NCBI GenBank assembly: GCA_001790575.1
Contig: MGCV01000001.1
Location: 7,870-31,869 of the forward strand
From: Candidatus Saccharibacteria bacterium RIFCSPHIGHO2_12_FULL_47_17
Lineage (GTDB): Bacteria > Patescibacteriota > Saccharimonadia > Saccharimonadales > UBA10212
DNA: 24,000 nt
Direction: 5' to 3'
Below, in pieces: positions 5,276 to 12,317 of this stretch. The notes beneath the pieces were generated by a model. The model was not told the DNA's origin, did not search any database, and saw only the letters and a list, made by a program, of their open reading frames with translations. The position numbers and the translations under genes are program-made. Each line of letters begins with the position of its first letter. The stretch's first letter is position 1.

Positions 5276-8200
5276 ATGAAAAACCTCAGAAAAATCATTC
5301 TAAAGCTTGGTTTATTTATTGGCCTAATCGGCTTTTTGAGTGTTTTCTTGCTTTCCACCAAACAGGCTAATGCAGCAATTGTGCCGTCGGATTTAACCAA
5401 AGGCAGTTATACATTTCAAGACGGCGGCAATATAACGGCTGTTTATCCTAGTGGCACAGTCAAATTTATTGACAATAATCCTTTTGACTCAACTCGTAAC
5501 TTTAAGCCAGATTCTTCCGCTAGCCTATGTAATTCAGAAATAAACATTACCGATAAGGACCTATCAGCTCCGGAGGTGGCAGCTGAAGTAAAGCTTAACT
5601 ATTTAGTAGGGGCTGGTCAGTGTCCTAAAGAAAATCAAGTAGTTATCAATCCTAAAATAGCAACTAATGGCGTAGCCAATAAAACGCTTGGGTGGAATGG
5701 CGCTAATATTGCTACCTTAGCAGGGACTAAAGACCAAAGAACATTTGAGCCGGGTCTTAATGTTGACGAAGTTGACGGCGTTCCCAGCGTCTATATAAGT
5801 CCGGACGGCGATGGCAGCTGCCAAAGTAATGGCGTAGTTAAGTTAACCAGTGCCAGCGAAGGTAAATATTACAAAATCAAGTTCATTGCGTTCGGTGGTG
5901 ATCTGCCTAAGGAAATTGATGGTGTCGTTGAACAGGAAAACTGCACGATTGACCATGTCTATTCAGTTATTCTCAAAGGGACGCCAGATACAAATGCCGG
6001 CGGCGGTCCTAGTGAAACCGGAGCTGGTGGAGGGACGTGCAGCAGTGTTGCTGAATGTCTAAAAGATGAAAGTAGGGGGGATTCATCAGCTTGTGTAGCC
6101 AATAGCAGCACGACTATGGAATGGCTTTTATGTCCGATTATCACGGCCATCAGTAAATTTACTGATGAAATAAATAATTTTGTTGAGGGTCAACTGCATT
6201 TTAGAGTTAATCAGCTTTTGCCGGCCACTGGCCAAGTCAATAAAGCCTGGGTAATAATTAAAAATCTTGTCTCCGGTTTGGTTGTAATACTAATGCTTAT
6301 TATGGTTATATCCCAGGCCATCGGCGGCACGTTTTTTGATGCTTACACGGTTAAAAAAATGTTGCCGCGACTCGTCATAGCTGTCATTGCTATGCAGTTT
6401 TCTTGGGTACTTGGCACCTGGCTGATTGGCTTAGCCAATGATTTGGGCGAGGGCTTGAAGCAAATTATGCTAGCGCCGTTCGGCGGTGGCGGCAATATGG
6501 ACCTACCAAGTATTATGCACCACCTGGACGGCACTTATCCGGCAGTCACTACTGTTGCGATTCTTGGTGTCCTTTTCTTACTCCTACTTACTCCCGCGTC
6601 AACGTTTATTTTACCAATATTTCTTTTCGTCGGACTTGCTATTGGCAGTGCAGTATTGATCGCTTTGGCGACTCTTGTATTTAGAAACATTCTAATTATT
6701 ATGGCGATAATTTTTGCGCCGCTGGCGTTATTACTTTGGGCTACGCCCGGCCAAACCATGCAAAGTTACTGGAAAAAGTATGCCGATAATTTTGCCAAGT
6801 TACTGTTGTTTTTCCCACTTGTGGTGGCTCTGATCTATACCGGACGCATAGCGGCTTGGCTGGCCGGCGGTCTCGGCACACCTAGCCTAATCGAGTACTT
6901 TATAGTTTTGGTAGCCTTTTTTGGCCCATACTTCTTTTTGCCAAAAACCTTCAAATGGGGTGGCGCGATTCTGGCAGGCATCAATCAGGGCATTAATCAA
7001 AACAAACTGCTCAATGCAGCCAAAGGTTTTGGCTACAATCGAATTAAAGCCATGACCGCCGAACGCTCAGGCCGATTAGCCAAAGAATGGAAAGAACCTG
7101 ACAAGTATCTAAGGTCGGGTAGGCGAGAATTTAATACTGGAAAGTGGTGGCAAAAAGGTGGACGCCTTAACCCATTGGCGTTTGCTACGTCCAAAACTGT
7201 TAAGGACGAGCGTGGAAATGTAATCGGAACGACCGGCCGGAGAATGTGGCAACTTCAGGGTCGAAAAATGTATGGCTTGGGTGGTGGCGCTTTCTTTGAA
7301 AAGGGTTTAAGTAACGAAGGTATGCTGCGTCGTGGCGAGGAATTTAAGAAAAGGAAAGATGAAGCCGGCTCTATTAGGGAGCAGCGGAGGAAGGAATTCG
7401 GCCGTGACCGGAAAGATGCGTCATATGCAGACGTACTACTTCCTAATGGTACTCGTAGGAAAATGATTATTCCCAAAGGCACCGGACCGCCAAGTGAAAG
7501 AGGTGCATTGTGGCAAAAAATGAAAGGCCTAAACAGCGTCCACGAACGCCAACAGGAACAGGCTGCTGTAGATCTACTAGATGACCCCGCCTTTCCTATA
7601 AATGCCGAAACCCGTTTGATGATGGATCCGACCGGTGCAGCTGGACGGCATCTAGCAAAGCTAAAGAAACAATACGGACTAAAGGGTGATTACGAAGAGG
7701 GTATAAGCGATCAACCGGGAACAAAAGACTCTCTTCTCATGAACCAGCTGGACCTATTGAAGGCCCGCCACTATCGCCTGCAAGAACTAAATGACAAAGT
7801 CGCCAGCGGCGAAGCCTTGAAAGCCGACGAGCAAGTCGAGCTCAATAATCTCCAAGCACAAGGGCCGTTAAATCGGGAGGAATCTGGGAAGATGCGCGAT
7901 TTGCAGTTTATGTATGACAAAGATGTTAACGGTGGCTTCCGCAAAGCTAACGAGAGAGAAATGACCCGTGGGGAGAGGGCAGCAGTTCAAAAGAACCTTA
8001 AGCTTGCCGAACAAATACCGGGAGGGATAGAACACATCGACGCAGAAATGGATCCAGATAATGTTTTGAACGATCTTAATGCTAGTTTGACTGAAGGGGA
8101 GAAAATTAAGTACACGCCGGTAACAAAACACCCGATGCTGCAGAAGAAACTTGCTGGTACTTCCGAACAAATGATGAAGTTGGCTAACATTGCCCCACAA

Positions 8201-10090
8201 GACTTGCCGGTTATTATCGAAAAATTTGAAAACGATTTGGGGCTAAAAAGAGGCGAATATACAGAAGCAGACTTGTGGCGCTATTACCTTAGTGATCACG
8301 CATCATACCAAAGACTAGCTTCCACCCCTGAAGGTGTTCATAAAGGCAATGAACAGCGCTTTCTTAAAGGGAAGAGAACTAACGACCTTGGAATGATAGC
8401 CAATAATGCGACTGGCGAAATGGGATATTTACTGGAGGCTGATGAGCTATCCGATAAATTATATAAAGCTTTGGAGAGTGGCGACTCAAGCATTTACTCG
8501 ATTGTTACTAACTGGCGCAGTGTCGACAGTACGCGACTGCCAATTGACCGGGGCCTCGGCGAAGGTGGTTTGCGGGCTGACGACATTTTCGGTGAACATA
8601 AAATTTGGACTCCCGATGGTACTGGTGCTGCAATCAAAACGCTGGAGCCCCAAAACCTGCTAGCGCTGTATCAGGCCACCACCGATGAAGACCAAAGGGA
8701 AAGACTCAAGGGACAAATCAAGCAGTCGCTCGAGCTACGCAAGTCAATGGGTATAAAATTCAATGACGCCAGACCGATAAGCACCCGCGATTTTCTTATA
8801 GCCGCTGAAGCCTCCCAGATGCGACGTTATGGCTGGACAACGGAGCAGACACGAGCCTTTTTTGACGCAAAAGTTGACCCCAAGGGCAAGCCGCCGGAAT
8901 TACTGGTGGCTCCAGACGAGGATACATTCACCGCTAGAATCGCCAAAGAATTTGGCGACGAGGCCAAGCCGATCGCGCAGCCTGATGTACACGTTGAGAC
9001 GCCATGGGAAAGTAGAGGAGGAGGTGAAGCGGAGCTTCCAAGATGGCAAATGGCGCAACAGGCACTGCAGTCGCTTAACCCGGGGACCGCGGCGCTAACT
9101 AGACAGCAACAAATAGCAGTACAGCGAGCTCATGAGGTTGGCACTAATCCTGATGGTACTAGCCAGGCGGGTAAGGATCCAACGCGACCAGCTGGAGTGG
9201 GTAATTATACTGTTAGACAATTGTGGGAAAAAGGCAAGATACTGGAAGCTGCTGGATTTGATCGGAATCAAAGACGAATACTCATTGAAAGAGGCATCGT
9301 AGGTGACTCAGGCACGATAACGACGCCTGTGCCGCCGGACGTAGCAGCCGTAAATGCTCATATGGCTGATATTAGACGACAAATTGCCGAAGCGACTGAT
9401 GACGCGGTCCGTACACAACTTGGCGCTCAGTTTGCCCAAGCCCAAGCACAGTTAGCTAATCTCGGACCGGAAGTCCAGGTTGCTGCCGCCCAAACGCTTG
9501 CACAGGTCGATACATCTGCTGTCTCGGGAGGAACGCTAACCGCTGAGCAACGCGCTATGAATCCAGGACCTGATATGTCAAAGGTTGACCCGGCGGTTAC
9601 TGCCGCCCTGGCCCAAGCAAGGGGCAGCACACCGGCCATGCCGCCAGTCCAGGGCTTCGCTCCACAACTGCCAAACATACTTAACTTAAACCAAGGCCTA
9701 CCTACTCCAGTTAAGCCAGTAATAAACCAGACAACTGTGGTAAGAACTGTTCAAGCTCCAACGAGTTCCAGAGGTGTGTCTGTGCGGCAAGGGCCGGCCG
9801 AAGGTTCTACCCGCATACCACATCCTAATTACTCGTATGATCGCCCGGGGTCGGCCGAACAAAGGTATTTCCAAGCCCAGCAAGAGGCCAACGCCTTTCG
9901 TTATGCAATTCAAAAAGGTATTGAGGCCGGTCTTGCCAACCGACCAGGTAGTAATGTTAGTACCACTGGAATAAATCCCAGTGGCAAAGGCGGTAACGTC
10001 AGCACTACTGGAGCAGCTGATAAAGCCGGCAGGATTTATGAAAGCCGCCCCGGCGGCCCAACCGGACCGCCGCCCCCACCGCCAGCCTAA
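5276..10090 (+). CDS. VirB6/TrbL-like polytopic membrane protein with an N-terminal Cys-rich ectodomain and a C-terminal hydrophilic extension of about 1040 aa
   Basis: The track starts at TTG 5210. ATG 5276 gives a clean signal peptide (MKNLRKIILKLGLFIGLIGFLSVFLLSTKQANA). At least 6-7 hydrophobic helices lie between about 6245 and 6960 (e.g. LVVILMLIMVISQAIGG, ILPIFLFVGLAIGSAVLIALATLVF, IIMAIIFAPLALLLWA, LLLFFPLVVALIYTG), as in TrbL/VirB6/TcpH-type proteins. The remainder is charged, Ala/Gln-rich and ends in GPTGPPPPPPA. Confidence 0.6.
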   Translation: MKNLRKIILKLGLFIGLIGFLSVFLLSTKQANAAIVPSDLTKGSYTFQDGGNITAVYPSGTVKFIDNNPFDSTRNFKPDSSASLCNSEINITDKDLSAPEVAAEVKLNYLVGAGQCPKENQVVINPKIATNGVANKTLGWNGANIATLAGTKDQRTFEPGLNVDEVDGVPSVYISPDGDGSCQSNGVVKLTSASEGKYYKIKFIAFGGDLPKEIDGVVEQENCTIDHVYSVILKGTPDTNAGGGPSETGAGGGTCSSVAECLKDESRGDSSACVANSSTTMEWLLCPIITAISKFTDEINNFVEGQLHFRVNQLLPATGQVNKAWVIIKNLVSGLVVILMLIMVISQAIGGTFFDAYTVKKMLPRLVIAVIAMQFSWVLGTWLIGLANDLGEGLKQIMLAPFGGGGNMDLPSIMHHLDGTYPAVTTVAILGVLFLLLLTPASTFILPIFLFVGLAIGSAVLIALATLVFRNILIIMAIIFAPLALLLWATPGQTMQSYWKKYADNFAKLLLFFPLVVALIYTGRIAAWLAGGLGTPSLIEYFIVLVAFFGPYFFLPKTFKWGGAILAGINQGINQNKLLNAAKGFGYNRIKAMTAERSGRLAKEWKEPDKYLRSGRREFNTGKWWQKGGRLNPLAFATSKTVKDERGNVIGTTGRRMWQLQGRKMYGLGGGAFFEKGLSNEGMLRRGEEFKKRKDEAGSIREQRRKEFGRDRKDASYADVLLPNGTRRKMIIPKGTGPPSERGALWQKMKGLNSVHERQQEQAAVDLLDDPAFPINAETRLMMDPTGAAGRHLAKLKKQYGLKGDYEEGISDQPGTKDSLLMNQLDLLKARHYRLQELNDKVASGEALKADEQVELNNLQAQGPLNREESGKMRDLQFMYDKDVNGGFRKANEREMTRGERAAVQKNLKLAEQIPGGIEHIDAEMDPDNVLNDLNASLTEGEKIKYTPVTKHPMLQKKLAGTSEQMMKLANIAPQDLPVIIEKFENDLGLKRGEYTEADLWRYYLSDHASYQRLASTPEGVHKGNEQRFLKGKRTNDLGMIANNATGEMGYLLEADELSDKLYKALESGDSSIYSIVTNWRSVDSTRLPIDRGLGEGGLRADDIFGEHKIWTPDGTGAAIKTLEPQNLLALYQATTDEDQRERLKGQIKQSLELRKSMGIKFNDARPISTRDFLIAAEASQMRRYGWTTEQTRAFFDAKVDPKGKPPELLVAPDEDTFTARIAKEFGDEAKPIAQPDVHVETPWESRGGGEAELPRWQMAQQALQSLNPGTAALTRQQQIAVQRAHEVGTNPDGTSQAGKDPTRPAGVGNYTVRQLWEKGKILEAAGFDRNQRRILIERGIVGDSGTITTPVPPDVAAVNAHMADIRRQIAEATDDAVRTQLGAQFAQAQAQLANLGPEVQVAAAQTLAQVDTSAVSGGTLTAEQRAMNPGPDMSKVDPAVTAALAQARGSTPAMPPVQGFAPQLPNILNLNQGLPTPVKPVINQTTVVRTVQAPTSSRGVSVRQGPAEGSTRIPHPNYSYDRPGSAEQRYFQAQQEANAFRYAIQKGIEAGLANRPGSNVSTTGINPSGKGGNVSTTGAADKAGRIYESRPGGPTGPPPPPPA

Positions 10091-10245
10091 GCTCAAGTTG
10101 ATATGATGCGTAAACTGAAGGATACTAACATAAGCGGGGAGCTAGAAGCTGAAAGCCGAAAGCATAATGAAGACTAAGATATGAGAAGAGCGAAAGAAAA
10201 AATTAGAGCTAGGGACTTTAGGCTAGGAACTTTAGGCTAAACATT
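10088..10245. repeat. Longest period-7 AAGC-type spacer (about 22 units), including a 14-nt x2 tandem
   Basis: ...gggagct agaagct gaaagcc gaaagca taatgaa gactaag atatgag aagagcg aaagaaa aaattag agctagg gacttta ggctagg aacttta ggctaaa cattATG. Confidence 0.5.
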
Positions 10246-11103
10246 ATGGCTGTATACAAAGTACTCCAAGATATCGAGGCTGAGGATAAGCTGGTTGGGC
10301 CGTTGACGCTTAAAGGCTTTATTTATGCGGCGGCGGCTGGAGTTTTGGCCTTTATTAATTTTAAGCTGCTTATTACAACCGGCGGTTCATTCAAGTGGTT
10401 GCTGATTCTACTTTTCTTGCCACCAATGGTTTTATTTGGGGTTTTGGCCTCACCGCTCGGCCGACAGCAGCCGACTGAAGTTTGGCTGTTAGCACGCATC
10501 CGCTTTCTACTTAAACCGCGCAATCGTCTGTGGGATCAGACCGGCATCAGCAAGCTAGTGACAATAACTGCGCCCAAAAAAGTTGAGCAGCCCCGCACCA
10601 AAGGCTTAAGCGAACCAGAGGTTCGCAGCCGTTTGCAGACTTTGGCGGTAACTTTGGACAGTCGTGGCTGGGCGATTAAAAATTTGTCTTTGCCGGTATC
10701 CAGTCAACGAGATGATTCGGACAGATTAATAGTACCGACGACTACTTCGGCGGTGGCGGCAACGGTTGATATTGACCCATCAGACGACATTTTGGATGAG
10801 AAAAACAATCCGACTGCTCAGAATTTTGCCGCGCTGATGGAGCAGGCGGATGCGGCCCGCAAGTTGAATGTGGCCAATGAACTAACTCAAGCTCGACAAA
10901 CAGCCGCCAACCCCGCCCTTTCTCAAAAAGAGCGGGACGCGAGGCCTCCGGCACAAGAGGTGACAGGTAAAGACCGAGCTGATAAACTGGAGCTAGCCCA
11001 AAGCGGTAGTGCTTTGAGTGTGGCCACGGTTGCCAAATTGGCCAACCGAACGAGTATTCAGCAGCTCGGTCCGAACGAAGTGCTGATCTCACTCCACGCT
11101 TAA
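10246..11103 (+). CDS. PrgI-family / VirB3-like T4SS membrane protein with a hydrophilic C-terminal half
   Basis: The N-terminus MAVYKVLQDIEAEDKLVGPLTLKGFIYAAAAGVLAFINF... is followed by a second helix and by PTEVWLLARIRFLLKPRNRLW. This is the pattern I associate with PrgI-family (VirB3-like) proteins of Gram-positive-type T4SS. Its position directly upstream of virB4 is typical. Confidence 0.6.
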   Translation: MAVYKVLQDIEAEDKLVGPLTLKGFIYAAAAGVLAFINFKLLITTGGSFKWLLILLFLPPMVLFGVLASPLGRQQPTEVWLLARIRFLLKPRNRLWDQTGISKLVTITAPKKVEQPRTKGLSEPEVRSRLQTLAVTLDSRGWAIKNLSLPVSSQRDDSDRLIVPTTTSAVAATVDIDPSDDILDEKNNPTAQNFAALMEQADAARKLNVANELTQARQTAANPALSQKERDARPPAQEVTGKDRADKLELAQSGSALSVATVAKLANRTSIQQLGPNEVLISLHA

Positions 11104-11160
11104 CCCTCCGAAATTTTTACCAAAATTTTGGCGGGTCAAGACCGCGAAAAAGGGTGGAAA

Positions 11161-11244
11161 AAATGAAATTTAAGCAAATAGAAATTAGAAAACAGGAATT
11201 AGCAAATGTCCTAGTTCCTAGTTGCTATTTACTATTTACTGCGA
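11161..11244. repeat. Period-7 tract (12 units) with two exact 7-nt duplications
   Basis: aaatgaa atttaag caaatag aaattag aaaacag gaattag caaatgt cctagtt cctagtt gctattt actattt actgcga. Confidence 0.55.
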
Positions 11245-11254
11245 CCGGTCATTC

Positions 11255-11296
11255 GACTCCGAGGGAGAGGCCCTCGGGCTCAGACTCGAGGAGAGG
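11255..11296 (+). promoter_or_regulatory. SD-like direct repeat with an intervening anti-SD hairpin, upstream of the 11303 gene
   Basis: GACTCCGAGGGAGAGG (11255-11270) and GACTCGAGGAGAGG (11283-11296; the second copy is the real RBS). ccgaggg (11259-11265) pairs with ccctcgg (11271-11277) across a 5-nt loop. cctcg could alternatively pair with cgagg at 11287-11291. Confidence 0.25.
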
Positions 11297-11302
11297 TGGT
11301 CT

Positions 11303-12196
11303 ATGAATCCAAATATAGTTTCGCCAGGGCCGGCCGAGCCCAGTCAAATGCCCGCAGCTGCACCTTCGCCGGAAGCTGTGGTTTCGGCACCACCGGTTGA
11401 ACCATTGGCTGGCAGTGCGGCAACTGTACTACCACCGCCAACCGCGCCGCCGTCAACCGAGCCAACTAACCCTAATAGCACTCAAAACAGCCTGCGCATC
11501 AGTGAGATTCGCGACGGTCTGGTCATCATGAATGATGGCACTTTCCGAGCAGTGGTGATGTGCCAGTCAATCAATTTTGATCTGATGAGCCCATCCGAGA
11601 AGGAAGCTGTGGAGTACAGTTATCAGGGCTTCTTAAATTCGCTATATTTTCCGATTCAAATTTTTATGCGCAGTCAAAAAATTGACTTAGCGCCATATTT
11701 AGATAAGTTGCAGAAACTGCGCACCCGACAGGAAAGCATGCTGTTGGGCGTACTGATGGATGATTACATTAGCTTCTTGGATGAGATTTCCTCTCAGACT
11801 AATATTATGGATAAGAAATTTTATATCGTTATCGGTTATCCCGATGCTAATGCCGACATCCGGCGGGCGCTGAAAACAAGCACCGGTTTTTTCACCGGCA
11901 TCGTGGAGCTTTTCAGGCCGGCCAAAACGCCACATGTAGTGATTGACGAAAACGCCTTGGAAAAAGCCAAGACCGAACTGCGCAATCGGGTCAATGCCGT
12001 CATGCAGGGTTTGATGCAGTGTGGCGTCCAAAGTGTGCCTTTGGATACCCAAGAGCTGATTGAACTTTATTACGAGGCCTACAATCCCGACACAGCCACC
12101 AACCAAAAACTGGGCGACGCCAAGGACTTAAACGTCAGAATGATAACTAAAGGCCAAGGCCAAGCGCCTCAGCCGCAAGCCGGAGGCGCGGCATGA
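11303..12196 (+). CDS. Hypothetical T4SS-associated protein. Pro/Ala-rich N-terminus plus a domain resembling the non-ATPase N-terminal domain of Gram-positive VirB4 (TcpF/PrgJ/Orf16-type) proteins
   Basis: The track starts at TTG 11222. ATG 11303 follows GGAGAGGTGG. No TM segment and no Walker motifs. ISEIRDGLVIMNDGTFRAVVMCQSINFDLMSPSEKEAVEYSYQGFLNSLYFPIQIFMRSQKIDL...KKFYIVIGY...LDTQELIELYYEAYNP recalls the VirB4 N-domain pattern from memory. Unverified. Confidence 0.35.
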   Translation: MNPNIVSPGPAEPSQMPAAAPSPEAVVSAPPVEPLAGSAATVLPPPTAPPSTEPTNPNSTQNSLRISEIRDGLVIMNDGTFRAVVMCQSINFDLMSPSEKEAVEYSYQGFLNSLYFPIQIFMRSQKIDLAPYLDKLQKLRTRQESMLLGVLMDDYISFLDEISSQTNIMDKKFYIVIGYPDANADIRRALKTSTGFFTGIVELFRPAKTPHVVIDENALEKAKTELRNRVNAVMQGLMQCGVQSVPLDTQELIELYYEAYNPDTATNQKLGDAKDLNVRMITKGQGQAPQPQAGGAA

Positions 12197-12200
12197 GGCG

Positions 12201-12300
12201 CCAATGTTCAATGCTCAAAGTTCAATGCTCAATGAATGATCAATGGTCAATGATCAATGAAAAATTAATGAAAACTGTAAATTGTAAACTGAAAATTGCA
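12201..12300. repeat. Period-7 tract (14-15 units), TCAATG-type then AAAyTG-type, immediately upstream of virB4
   Basis: ccaatgt tcaatgc tcaaagt tcaatgc tcaatga atgatca atggtca atgatca atgaaaa attaatg aaaactg taaattg taaactg aaaattg. Nine ATG triplets in about 70 nt. Confidence 0.6.
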
Positions 12301-12317
12301 TTAGGAGGTACCTCCAA

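Noticed and set aside
5031-10096. Many 60-130-aa ORFs nested in or antisense to the VirB6-like gene (e.g. 5031-5234, 5850-6062, 7868-8200, 9698-10096). There are similar ones inside virB4, the 1485-aa gene, the SLT-M23 gene, recF and others
   Set aside because: All are contained within long, coherent CDSs on the other strand or frame. Their translations are Arg/Pro/Ser-rich shadow products with no independent signals.
11120-11131. The perfect palindrome CCAAAATTTTGG after the PrgI-like gene as a terminator
   Set aside because: It has no loop, is an AT-only core and has no U tract. At most it is a small protein-binding site, and there is nothing else to support that.
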